A stretch of 64,000 nt of DNA from the NCBI GenBank assembly GCA_947629505.1, contig CANRDW010000001.1, forward strand, positions 7,750-71,749, written 5' to 3'. The translations under genes were made by a program, and so were the position numbers. Origin of the DNA: an uncultured Clostridia bacterium (GTDB lineage: Bacteria; Bacillota; Clostridia; Christensenellales; UBA1242). A model generated the notes under the pieces. The model made no database searches, was not told the origin of the DNA, and saw only the letters and a list, made by a program, of their open reading frames with translations. Below, piece by piece: positions 58,901 to 64,000 of this stretch; within the stretch, counting starts at the first letter, position 1, and every line of letters begins with the position of its first letter.

Positions 58901-61900
58901 ATAATTCCCGCTGGACCCTGTGACAATCATTTTTTCAAGCACGCCAACGCCAAAACTCAAGGATTTATCCACATTTAAACCATCATGATAATTCAAACGC
59001 TCAACTTCTATTGTGATTGTTATTTCGCCAACAAGGTTGTAAAATTCACAATTATTTAAATTGCCTAAACTGTTAAATGTCATTGAAAGTCCATCAATCT
59101 GAGGGTTTTGACTGACTGTCAAAGTGCCAAAGTTTGTGTCTAAGTCAGATGGGCTTGAAACAACAATCTTTCCACTTGCAGCAGTGAATCCTTTTTGAAA
59201 ACTGATGTCAAACTGTGCATATTCATCTTTTGAAACACTTAAATCATAGGTGTAATCAAAAGTAGCTTTTTTACTTGACACATAATCCCCAACAGCATTT
59301 TCGACTAGAGAAGTTTGAGTGGATGTTGTTTGATTTTCTTCTGCGTCATTGTTTTTGAAAGTCTTTATCATCTCAACACTATTGATTGCATCATTCAAAT
59401 CAACATCTTCATTTGTGTTGAAAACAACATTGACCACACTTGCTCCATCTGCCGCTTTCCATTTTGCATAGACAGTGTCAAAAGTTGTGTTGACAAATAT
59501 GTTGGAGTCGTTTGTTAGTTTATTTCCATCCTCAATTGATGTGTAAACCCCCTCCACTTCAAAACCGTTTCTGAGTGGAATGCTGGTGACAGATTGTGTG
59601 GATGAAACACTTGTGACATATTGCGGTTTTTCTTCAAAGATTTTTTGATTTTCACCTACAAAAGAGTTGTATTCCAAATAATATTCCGCATAAACAGATC
59701 CATCTTCGTCAACTCTAATAATCTCTGTGTTCAAATCGCCGTTTGCAACAAACATATTGCGATATGGCGCTGACAAATCGGCAATCGCATTAAACTCGTT
59801 TTTCTCATATTGGTTGTAATAAACCCTAACTTCTTGTTTTGCGTTTGCTTCCCATTCGGCATACAAGCCCTCAATAAGTGTGACTGCGGCGGCTGTTTCG
59901 CTGCTGCTTGTGATGACCACGCGTCTTTGTCCATCACTCTCTTCCACTACTTCCACTTGTCCGCCTCTTTTTGAATAGGTAAAGCCGTTAAGTTTGCTTC
60001 CTTGAAGCAACAAAACATCTTCCTCGCCCCACTTGTCTGTGTCGCATGGCAAAAGTGATTTTCCATATGTTTCGTCAATCAGGCTTAAGCCCTCAAGTTT
60101 TTCAAATTTTTGATTGCCGCCGCTTGTTTCTACAAATTTCCAAACAGTTTTATATTCTGCAAGATATGGATTTCTTACTGTTGTGTCAAATGCAGTTTTT
60201 GTGATATTTCCATTGTTGGTTGCATCTTCAAATGTTGTGTATGTTCTGTAAAAAGTTCCGTTTCGTCCGTCAATGGCAACTTCATATGCTTGATTAACTT
60301 TAATTTCTTGCGCAAATCTCAAATTGTCTGTGATAAGAGAGCCACTGACAGTGACATTGTTTCTTCCATACACAACATAAAGATTGTCGCCATTCACACT
60401 TCCAACAGTGTTCACTCCGTTGCCGCCGTAGTCTGCACAGTTGATAAGATAGGTTTTCCCTAAAACATTTCCAATAAGATTTCCGCGGACACTTCCATTT
60501 TTGTCTTCACTTAAAAATCTCACATTTTCAATAGTAAGATTTTTAATGACAGCATTCTCTGTTTGTCCAAAAAGTCCGTGATAGGTGTATGGTTCATAAG
60601 GCGAACAAGTCAAATCAGAAATCGCATGGCCGTTTCCGTCAAAAACTCCGTTGAATGCGTTGGCATAGCCAATTGGCTGCCATGCGCGTCCCAAAAGAGA
60701 GATGTCATTTTTCAAGGCAAAATATTTTTTAGTCCCGTCATTATTGCCGCCGTTGTAATAATTTGCCACTGCTGCCAAATCGCCTGCCGTTTCAATCAAA
60801 TATGGTTTTTCAAGGCTGCCATCACCAGAAAGCCCAATTGAAATATCGTTGTTGTCGCGGGGCATGGAAACAGTTCTGTAAAGAAATGGATAAGACTGAT
60901 TTATGCTGGCATTTATTGTCCATTGCGAACTTATTGAGTCAAGGTCCCACACCTGTGCCCAACGAGTTCTGTCCAAATAATAATCTCTCGTTCTTGCAAG
61001 GTTGTTTTGTGGACTTGCTTTTTCTATTGCATAAACATAAGATGTTTCAAGTCTGTCATTAGAGCCACACGCACTCATACTCTCATCATAGACAAAGAAA
61101 CTGTTGCTAATAGTTGCAGAACCATTATTCCCAATATTGCCAATAAGTGCGCCAAGAGTGAAGGCCTGCGCCGATGTGTCAACCGTCATATCACCAATAT
61201 TGTAGGTGTGATTTAATGTGGCGCTGTTTCTAACTTGTCCAATAAGCCCGCCAAAAGACCCACCGCTTACATTAATTTGTGCAGCATTGTAACAGTCATT
61301 GACTGTAAGTGCATTGAAAGATGCGCCAACAAGCCCGCCAACATATGGCGTTGTTGGCTCTGTTACAGAAACCTTGATTTGCCCTTCTGTGAAAGATGTC
61401 CTTAAACTTGAGCCGTGCATGTTCCCAACAAGTCCGCCAACAACAAGTTCACCGCTGCTTGAAGTGGCTGTGACATCTATGTTAACATTAGCAAAACAAG
61501 AAGAAATTGGACAAGCGGCATATCCCACAAGTCCGCCAACGGCATCGCTGTCTGTTGCAAAGATTTTTCCCTCAACTGAGTTGCCTGAAAAAGCATTTGA
61601 ATTTGTTGAGTTCATGTATGCCACAAGTCCGCCAACATATTGCCCGCCAACAGCATTTTCTCTGTCGCCTATTTGAACATTTCTAAGATGTGTGTTGAAA
61701 ATTCTGGCAGATGACCCCAAATTTCCAAAAAGCCCAACATACTTTGATTGTTGTGTGATTTTTAAATTGTATATGTAATGCCCATTGTTTGTGGAAGTGC
61801 TGTCATTAAAAGAGCCATTGAAAATTCCTTGAAAAATGTGTTCGTCATCCTTGCCGATTGGAGTCCACTCGTGTCCGGCAAGGTCGATGTCAGTTTCAAG

Positions 61901-62173
61901 ATAAATTGTCAAGCCGGCAAATGTGCGGAATGCCCCTTGTCCATTGACGGCGCTTGCAAAATAAGAAAAACCCTTTGCACTTCGAATGTAAACGTTTGTA
62001 TTTTCTTCAAAATAATCGGCGTTGGTCAGGTCGGAAAGTTCGGCATATTCACCATCCCAAACGCTTGCGGTGGTGCTTGTGGCGTGTGCGACAAAAGTTG
62101 GAAGTTTTATTCCAGCAAAAATTCCGCAGAAAGCGAATAAAATCAACATTAAAAAGTTAATTCTTCTTTTCAC
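43931..62173 (-). CDS. giant cell-surface protein, 6,080 aa (GLUG-type beta-helix modules, Listeria-Bacteroides-type repeats, MBG/Ig-like repeats, C-terminal TM anchor)
   Basis: A single uninterrupted 18,243-nt ORF. GTG start with an AAAGGA RBS. Signal peptide MKRRINFLMLILFAFCGIFAGIKLPTFVAHA/TS. (V)GGL(V/I)G repeats about every 32 aa at the N-terminus. (N/R)xGYxFxGW motifs recur (NGYTFDGWGVDGKKIFDKDGNLV, RDGFKFAGWHKDGVLID, SGFNFEGYFTQPKGAG). YDG/TYG-type MBG-like units are present. C-terminal LWYVYLIVGIVVGIVLLLVILMVV plus NHNKKKRREELSKR. Confidence 0.9.
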   Translation of the reverse strand: MKRRINFLMLILFAFCGIFAGIKLPTFVAHATSTTASVWDGEYAELSDLTNADYFEENTNVYIRSAKGFSYFASAVNGQGAFRTFAGLTIYLETDIDLAGHEWTPIGKDDEHIFQGIFNGSFNDSTSTNNGHYIYNLKITQQSKYVGLFGNLGSSARIFNTHLRNVQIGDRENAVGGQYVGGLVAYMNSTNSNAFSGNSVEGKIFATDSDAVGGLVGYAACPISSCFANVNIDVTATSSSGELVVGGLVGNMHGSSLRTSFTEGQIKVSVTEPTTPYVGGLVGASFNALTVNDCYNAAQINVSGGSFGGLIGQVRNSATLNHTYNIGDMTVDTSAQAFTLGALIGNIGNNGSATISNSFFVYDESMSACGSNDRLETSYVYAIEKASPQNNLARTRDYYLDRTRWAQVWDLDSISSQWTINASINQSYPFLYRTVSMPRDNNDISIGLSGDGSLEKPYLIETAGDLAAVANYYNGGNNDGTKKYFALKNDISLLGRAWQPIGYANAFNGVFDGNGHAISDLTCSPYEPYTYHGLFGQTENAVIKNLTIENVRFLSEDKNGSVRGNLIGNVLGKTYLINCADYGGNGVNTVGSVNGDNLYVVYGRNNVTVSGSLITDNLRFAQEIKVNQAYEVAIDGRNGTFYRTYTTFEDATNNGNITKTAFDTTVRNPYLAEYKTVWKFVETSGGNQKFEKLEGLSLIDETYGKSLLPCDTDKWGEEDVLLLQGSKLNGFTYSKRGGQVEVVEESDGQRRVVITSSSETAAAVTLIEGLYAEWEANAKQEVRVYYNQYEKNEFNAIADLSAPYRNMFVANGDLNTEIIRVDEDGSVYAEYYLEYNSFVGENQKIFEEKPQYVTSVSSTQSVTSIPLRNGFEVEGVYTSIEDGNKLTNDSNIFVNTTFDTVYAKWKAADGASVVNVVFNTNEDVDLNDAINSVEMIKTFKNNDAEENQTTSTQTSLVENAVGDYVSSKKATFDYTYDLSVSKDEYAQFDISFQKGFTAASGKIVVSSPSDLDTNFGTLTVSQNPQIDGLSMTFNSLGNLNNCEFYNLVGEITITIEVERLNYHDGLNVDKSLSFGVGVLEKMIVTGSSGNYSSNVRILSGSQYVDLISLATEDLAQKLSETQDLYVGFDFVGNQILFSNKSHDKISFTFGTAGETAGGQFYFATETGRKDYSWSKTRETNIDGSNQSGFRISIKQNEKSVFDYTYITKTSEYRSMDYMALANFLFILDSQATGEDAPPITISYDGATDNPKIQALIGEPNNFSKVLVTFEKMRRDEDSAEFKAFSTFTKAYLNVEFVEKDKEGNLVPIQNNAPTYSLNSSEFDINTIGTIAITFTDTNYYEVLKDYALYNDTTENYTLKFENLAYNYSDSEEFRDYSSRFNSSNGDYFFDLLKKSANSFELRYNAGIDENGNFDPATGWQPGLYKLSVVCQKVNYKVSVRNVFVDVDGNKIDYVTESGIQTSVAFLDSTNDAEAKKEAKDKVEATEVGQVLYDTPITASTSLDANNGFVFKGWNLDEAEDFTNNSNIISSARNLSFSLNQGRYGEYVKYVENSEEITRKLAISAVYTVKRAQISGYRYYTILETRESGDSERFESGKLTFSVTGDADYDYNTQNSNQTSLDIHLGGRDYKYYYIAGYRLIGSGGNVLNISEDENKFVRKEDELQNVDVSKWDAFSVDDALQYILKNDVSTSTTRQIYISPILKKKTITLVFHSGTGDSGNLYGDQMNGTVNSNSRTETTANTVTIENPASTIYLNTYLVDLADSQVTIDQYFYSRVGYTKPNQNYWRWTCKKGSLDESVSSGSILYSQLSLIPDMYDFKGTSGEVHFYIDWQPNTYSITFQPNNGRFTDDDSFKRIQVEYDSNARDWEIPVNVTRNGYTFDGWGVDGKKIFDKDGNLVDDDTYFSHGIYKNPNNLVLQAVWAPNQYNIVVNFNSGTDTIGETSKTYSIYYGGTFAGVLNDDGTLINQIISRPGYLFDGFYVINGVDDTILQRITSTTIFDSNLLGFQFGAFTNPAEMPALTLYARWRVDLTYFTLALQNTQHEDLVYTASDQNVYFADFFAEENVTATNITISALKEGFEISLSVEDTSLSLMLNGDLQEGFRDFFVVQEAGDYQIRFEIVLTDQAEIFNLGEVRRFSFTLSVTVDQANILTEESLNNNIYAQNIVKIIEPFVDLEAAGIVKGQDLATVVSKYKAYEGAENFVDVEDMQVYEYIMIKYYLLSTTNLANDYNTYKTWTYANYLEYKQLHESTVSTRLNSLKLFTYFDYFNPTTTINLEEYLSGITIKANGIENTNLTPTKVVLQSLIYNVLPYTLYDVRVYVEEDDNTANYNLRYSDDGWYFVLGSGYVMPQVLTLKNQIQNPSVYYSQYYTNREVNFSLGYETYENNGTTYYNYDGIYISARLYSNGRDVGAYTFADKKNYLFFDSVQIATRDGDTLNISRNFTIVLDKTDLFTILSVEGVASLSVDAKYLTLDSSNNTTFMDVDEDILYILSLSYSLSGDIVTINPIDNPEAFTIGMHETETDERVQLYQIERNNSNQILIYLNEFVTEVVVSTRQMRLTGHEYASLYKWSESQVYNVDGTMESSDTISFSRAQLEEGKEEGELAQKNYFAIFTDLVLVEYNFNFPSTYTENTSDTGNLKLGSSTYDSLTWPYEIGVGQCSSMFLIVNGNEYNISQNRDMLFRSEDGIFVGLKDDNRYQKVVFSCKWSISTQIDYIQLIENEKLPVGAYDALTFNDVVYLYNLNEEMFTYSYVWQKLVGEDYVKVSDTNTLEFENGGSTEDGGKFKLQIVATLREEFYPCLDINSPKEYSVNVDFSIEFIKNIIDSVEFTSQPITYDARDHANEITITVLYRVWDMVDYSEQILRQLSISHADFIPLQIMLNGHEAEAVRNAGTYTINLLIDDKKFECDESITKTFQFEINKREVDLNNSFTSTKAFGTSDPSLEMNYAVRGENALVENITLTLTRGSDPSEDIGDSALYLADVGEAFKGNYIFKSNGVIIFDGEIKPEALSNSVGTFTITKSDTLKIAYIAGEPAVCEEEYVKGGFTVDILVVEENFVLQIKQANEVKHQITLVLNDGGLSEKVLAILKTKFDATIRFIISDTTFETAEDCETYNYSISNGENLSNYYQNVEISLDYKFQIIKKKIDVSKITYTKTFDNDDVANISLTGEAIDPNEYSGLYIQAAYSSVHAGPSVRVELTLKQAGEEEKLTNYELSANYTDWEVKPLSATMTLEIDTQKYESTVASHFTYGIVNVSNLIMNDFVKIKDIKTADEKTVTSWLSEGYYSLEIQHDAETVSEKGYLFKGTYTLTPKYTFQDFVMQVNTITFDVDVLQLPRNLPKNFVVITVLDQVAASYSDTITLSTGEVLNLQYTVKDHAAGETLSSGNYDLQLENDSFLNDSVVVTINENNGALGVVIATEIVYARIVDQGVDTFNTNNFKVVYSKESYQFSMDDNSTLKLSKNGADFKTFTVKYFAKADGENETPIEDLSSLGTITISVSGEMLAVGKYNLSISKQGSSYANVIFAESYAFEITEIVIDVESLNVQKDYDGSRDVTIREFTEKIPGEDVSILARFDNPNIDVGKHVDLYLNGVDKKNYTLSASSVENGIIRQATAIVTLSKLEYTYGQINNISAYEFPFSVTSGGRALSSTQYSVDVEIENAKYTSSLKKYLDVGQYTIKVSGENDYYTIQETSFTITVTALAQSLVFENNGVISVGYGTAAARGDTYTYTMTSTLGETFEVILKRDEGSSIGFYRIHSTDFECQDSNYTLSVNDRSARGAFQITRQSDRVFVLFDDGTTIFEERYNGFEYNKVELTTKGDEYYLTISHTSGLSTPLEKELGFFYYEGGEYKKVDEDFDIIGFQATLQFLSYPLIKQRGDYYIQALSATSSTHDVKLGKDGTRYAFTFTISQIELQLKEEFATKIEKPFNFQDAVYEYADASELFQNLTVEDGVSATVRFFTDDECTNPAIFVGDGYRVAITLDGENKDNYFLPDYLAMPDDEPAEKVERVVTGSITLAKVTFYINNLSFTYGEEFDLNSFIEYDLGFEGFDVKKYTDQHRQWELGLNYKYNGEMSSSGNLPAGQYDLMLTFRATDFVATKYVVDNAESDTFSAKLTIKPKQLQLVETTTSFDEMFVKTYDETADVKGAFTDGAANFNISGGLQLDDVQVLSAAFEDAKVGNPKKVKFTLKGEDKDNYVLEDYDYGAINPIEIDIHFNYEKPIVSNVERNGLPQLKSIGFPFISQNNLVSNSMDEKTKVGSFPTMLYDNPGFDFDYWTIDFKIVDNQTKVDKLKEMIASAGLILDERSNEAEGLYKIHVANNSKTVEFIRLLVNDAENFPEFYFKSNEKITIDFQPNWSATTAQLDVTVTDENGRELSLGLVSVNENADADNYTGEFGYNAAVTVKIKANPHAFYFGFYILTDGQWKDAQEIEGVNITYADGEYDMQLQMKITENTQMQVRFSVQKVAVNISLVGFDNAELSSSTFVDDENDKIYTWNTDYITLQTFAASSLPNIVRTGYQHTGYTCDDVALADEFLSELVKEDNQSTSITLVPTFERQKINVTLNFNHDNVENVTIVVEYGLSYSSSEDWNTYKNPKRDGFKFAGWHKDGVLIDEDKNVVTEAHTLTAQWEVNTYTIKFVVENAELEDASHSFEFDGTNTYQADNVEYAEKITFRVSAEAGYMLSTTWAEDFEVVFADDATNTNANITFTMPNYEGDVYEYTLPIIPISNRVTINGDNIALVEAYNTTISEDIDVTANVFYVPTDNRFTITLTAEKGYEFESDITISVEGVTKSVSLVEKQLVIEIESINSDIEINVTTKRSLNDVTIAFNTISQIKNIIVGGTTYSALQSLQPFQVVTGESFIFFVTFEYGYTFSSVESDEFTHSEMLDDSGLYEDGVYKITLSDINQSGTVTIFSTTAKFTISAEVITWDNNHDRVFVDGNIAYVDGGTEPVSTDYHNTVTFTYTEAANYYFAGWSHDGIEIFSNLKQLAYTVERDETIYAIFSASQYMFSLGTLSRSDVSVGSQMQTIYTELRGLSAGTYTDIDGRQLQDVQIYFGANAVVLFNVPQGFVYAGYGYYGTDDNFVYISQDARNERTVEVNITTQNIGEGVFKIYFVVSAYSVTFDVQTQISINSNRENNDTVGMAQLVGENGEEVKANGYIEGSRTHYQNNGAIDYHNFSIVAYTGDFVYIRVVVQRDGYVFDRIVCSENGVMITQSNNDASIYQISNFVGAIDKRINLYVVFKPIVNLVELSFEDKGNVVEGGIFEVTGASDLDDSMISTSGNGEPRVNVYALTDSRFVVRAYIKLGYYVNDASNLVIVDENGIVEEGATYTRFTEAQILESGFTGMLTFNVSKFLHAQQIRIVLNSSTYTVKLRDGSTVESDGGTLLATIKNVEFGGIIDLTKLSDIQLEEDGLSVVGGKLNIIVRRSGFNFEGYFTQPKGAGVRYFDSDGNLLLTWQESGYSFNQQTKVYERSANAHFNEVTGEVEISLYLYMSYLKTRIRFSIIPDIQTNITAQDIVTGVDVYNSWYYSSQPLYMEVSFGTNIYFNAPEIAGFAFYRFVINQRPAGGDWFAPAYSYSERTPWSTNQLDNFVECEVQIVYFAQVDIRIIGGEANASITQQDSNSQALVLLNKFYVDTSKQFTLTAEAVEGYQFISWTNMSTGYTSGRATITQQIQTHVIFIMVLEGLPVDLDFSEYQARFGQIIQINVTPKNDVKTSYSLGHYNNVGEFVKDVTTFRAHVGDKVEFVLNVERGFAVVWENPANMTLDHFENQRYYFTLMLSGNIAGDDTLQILPTFRDEILSVYITEKFADDQIIDNAIDLNSVLSAGRLTTVNGGMIGVLTVDRDADLVILAQLNQKYKISNIIIENYGLVYSDIDEIYHNGRIEISKEYRDSKVEPIIGTISLTVEYSRIMWEDDVLLDVIFDGEGTIKNPYQISNLSQLARMMQLVNSGAVNESGARYKDACYVLTADLDLADKFWTPIGTAENSFGGQFNFNNHTIKNIQLSRTDYSPIYNDGLFGNLTANARIILSETSLWYVYLIVGIVVGIVLLLVILMVVNHNKKKRREELSKR

Positions 62174-62197
62174 CGAGCCATCCTTTAAACTATTTTT

Positions 62198-62227
62198 ATT
62201 ATATCAAAATAGCGCCAAAAAACGCAA
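62198..62227 (-). promoter_or_regulatory. candidate promoter of the 6,080-aa gene
   Basis: TTGCGT (62227-62222), 18 nt, TGaTATAAT (hexamer 62203-62198). Confidence 0.4.
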
Positions 62228-62322
62228 ATAAATTGCATAAATATATTATATATATAAAAATAATTTTTTAAACAAGAAAAGTCCTTTCACTTTGTCATTT
62301 GCCCGTCAAAATTTTTAAAAAT

Positions 62323-62358
62323 AAAAAACGCAAATTTTTTTGATTATTTTTGCGTTTT
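62323..62358 (-). terminator. trpS terminator
   Basis: AAAACGCAAA / TTTGCGTTTT 10-bp stem (62325-62334 / 62349-62358) with a 14-nt loop, followed by a U-run. Confidence 0.6.
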
Positions 62359-62373
62359 TTATTTAATTTTTTG

Positions 62374-63432
62374 TTATTTTTTCAAAAAATGCGTGTAATT
62401 TATTCCCATCGCTTCTTTCATTCTGTCCAAAGTTTGAGCGGCAACTTCTCTCGCCTTTTTGCCATTTTCAAACAACATTTTGTAGATTTCATCCACATTT
62501 TTTTCAAGTTCTTTGCGTTTTTCACGAATCGGAGCCAAGATTTCCTGCATAATGTTGTTTAAAAACAACTTGATTTTCACATCTCCAAGTCCGCCTCGAC
62601 GATAATGCACTTTGAGTTCCTCCAAATTCTTGTATTCCGGCAAATATTTCAAAAAATGCTCATCTTTGCAGAAAGCGTCAAGATATTCAAACACAACATT
62701 CCCCTCAACTTGACCGGGGTCGGAAACTTTAATGTGATTTGGGTCGGTGTAAGCGTTCATGATTTTTTGCTTTACAACATCTGGCTCATCTTTGAGATAA
62801 ATGCAATTCCCTGCAGATTTGCTCATTTTTGCACTGCCGTCTGTGCCAACAAGCCTTCTGCACACTTCATTTTCTGGCAAAAGTGCTTCTGGCAAAACTA
62901 AAACATTCTTTTTGTAAGTTGAATTAAATGCTCTGGAAATTTCACGCGTCTGTTCAATCATTGGAAGTTGGTCATCGCCAACAGGAACAACATTTGCATC
63001 AAAGGCCAAAATGTCCGCCGCCTGACTTATTGGATAACACATAAAGCCAACAGGGATTGAACTTGTAAAGCCGCGTATTTTTGTTTCTTCTTTGACAGTT
63101 GGATTTCGTGTAAGGCGAGATAGTGTGACTAAATTCATAAAATACATTGTCATTTCAGCAAGTTCTGGCACTTGCGATTGAATAAAAATTGTCACTTTGT
63201 TTGGATCGATACCAGCAGAGAGATAATCAATTGCAACTTGAATGATGTTGTTTTTAACTTTATCAACATTATCGGCATTGTCGGTGAGCGCCTGAGTGTC
63301 CGCAATCATTAAATAAAACTTTTCATAGTCGCCCTTGTCTTGCAATTTCAGTCTATTTTGAATTGAGCCAACATAATGCCCGATGTGAAGATTGCCCGTT
63401 GGTCTATCGCCTGTTAATATTATTTTTTTCAT
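62374..63432 (-). CDS. trpS: tryptophan--tRNA ligase
   Basis: ILTGDRPTGNLHIGHYVGS (HIGH) and KMSKS. Confidence 0.95.
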   Translation of the reverse strand: MKKIILTGDRPTGNLHIGHYVGSIQNRLKLQDKGDYEKFYLMIADTQALTDNADNVDKVKNNIIQVAIDYLSAGIDPNKVTIFIQSQVPELAEMTMYFMNLVTLSRLTRNPTVKEETKIRGFTSSIPVGFMCYPISQAADILAFDANVVPVGDDQLPMIEQTREISRAFNSTYKKNVLVLPEALLPENEVCRRLVGTDGSAKMSKSAGNCIYLKDEPDVVKQKIMNAYTDPNHIKVSDPGQVEGNVVFEYLDAFCKDEHFLKYLPEYKNLEELKVHYRRGGLGDVKIKLFLNNIMQEILAPIREKRKELEKNVDEIYKMLFENGKKAREVAAQTLDRMKEAMGINYTHFLKK

Positions 63433-63652
63433 ATTTTTGTCCTTTTTTTGATAAAATTAAAAATAAATTAAAAATAATTATTTTTTTTATTTAAAAATAT
63501 TAAATAAATTATTTATTCGCCTATTTTAAATGCCCTAAATATCGTATTTTCAGCATTTTTAAATTATTTTTGTTATTTTTTTAATAAAAATTAAGAAAAA
63601 TTCACAAAAAATCAATAATAATTATATTTTATTTTTAATTTTTATTTATTTT

Positions 63653-64000
63653 TTAAAGTGCTTCATCCAAGCGCTCCAACACCTCTTTTTCACCAAGCAA
63701 GGTCATGATTTCAAAAAGGTCAGGGCTGTTTTGTTGCCCTGTGATTGCCAAACGAATATACTCACAAACTTTGGCAACATTGCCTTTAAAGTTTTGTGGA
63801 TTTTTCTTGTAGTCTGAATTGTTTGTTGCATAGCCAAGCGCTTCTGACATTTTCTTCACTTTGTCAAACCATGCATCTTTTGATGATAAATCCAAATATT
63901 TTTTATAGTTTTTTATCACTTCTTCAAATTGTTTTTTGTTGTCAACAACAAATTTCTTTGGCTTTGAAAACATATATGCAAACAATTCGAAAAATTCGCT
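63653..64000 (-). CDS. gltX: glutamate--tRNA ligase, C-terminal part (5' end beyond window)
   Basis: The frame is open to nt 64000. The ending YIRLAITGQQNSPDLFEIMTLLGEKEVLERLDEAL matches the conserved GltX C-terminus (R.A.TG...P.L......LG......RL). Confidence 0.6.
   Translation of the reverse strand, partial: SEFFELFAYMFSKPKKFVVDNKKQFEEVIKNYKKYLDLSSKDAWFDKVKKMSEALGYATNNSDYKKNPQNFKGNVAKVCEYIRLAITGQQNSPDLFEIMTLLGEKEVLERLDEAL

Noticed and set aside
61299-61676. Plus-strand 125-aa ORF with a repeated TSPPT motif, antisense to the giant gene
   Set aside because: The TSPPT repeats are the reverse-complement reading of the (V)GGL(V)G codons of the GLUG ladder. It has no RBS and lies wholly inside a well-supported CDS. 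The same reasoning applies to the dozens of other 60-160-aa antisense or alternate-frame ORFs inside the three giant genes.
63433-63652. T-box riboswitch upstream of trpS, and likewise upstream of argS
   Set aside because: The 220-nt trpS upstream region is almost pure A/T. It has no T-box core (…GGUGGUACCGCG…), no specifier or antiterminator helices. The argS upstream gap is only about 47 nt and is filled by the recR terminator and a promoter.
1-64000. CRISPR arrays, tRNA/rRNA genes, IS elements, integrases, prophage genes
   Set aside because: I scanned the intergenic regions and ORF translations by eye. I found no direct-repeat/spacer array, no T-loop (GGTTCGAATCC-like) or rRNA-like GC islands, and no DDE, tyrosine or serine recombinase motifs. 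A tRNAscan, Infernal or ISEScan run would be needed for a definitive negative.

Overview
This is a 64-kb chromosomal window from a low-GC Bacillota genome. It looks Clostridia-like, with spore-former gene content (spmA/spmB, ricT/yaaT, a DUF1540-like gene, a SpoVB-like flippase). The backbone is housekeeping synteny, almost all on the minus strand: HD hydrolase, holA, comEC, hup, flippase; rpmG-secE-nusG-rplK-rplA; argS; recR-ybaB-dnaX-tpiA-pgk; dus; rplI; rsmA-tatD; yabB-like methyltransferase, ricT, holB; a Ca-type P-type ATPase; uppP; trpS; gltX (partial). Three giant surface-protein genes interrupt this backbone: 2,848 aa (8521-17067, +), 1,447 aa (17120-21463, -) and 6,080 aa (43931-62173, -). 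Their coordinates sum to 31,134 nt, about 49% of the window. All three share one topology: signal peptide, a huge beta-rich repeat ectodomain, then a single C-terminal TM helix with a short basic tail and no LPXTG. Accessory pockets are an AT-rich three-gene island of unknowns (5.5-8.3 kb) and an ankyrin / WG-like-repeat cassette (35.9-37.9 kb). That cassette has a poly-C tract in its promoter spacer and a 24-bp in-frame inverted repeat. Other signals: dnaX is split at an A9 tract (-1 frame needed for full-length tau); five genes show precise leaderless-mRNA promoter geometry; a structured ~200-nt leader lies upstream of rplK; several small unannotated ORFs were found. By eye I recognised no rRNA, tRNA, CRISPR array, transposase or integrase. 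All family names come from reading motifs in the translations. No database search was run.
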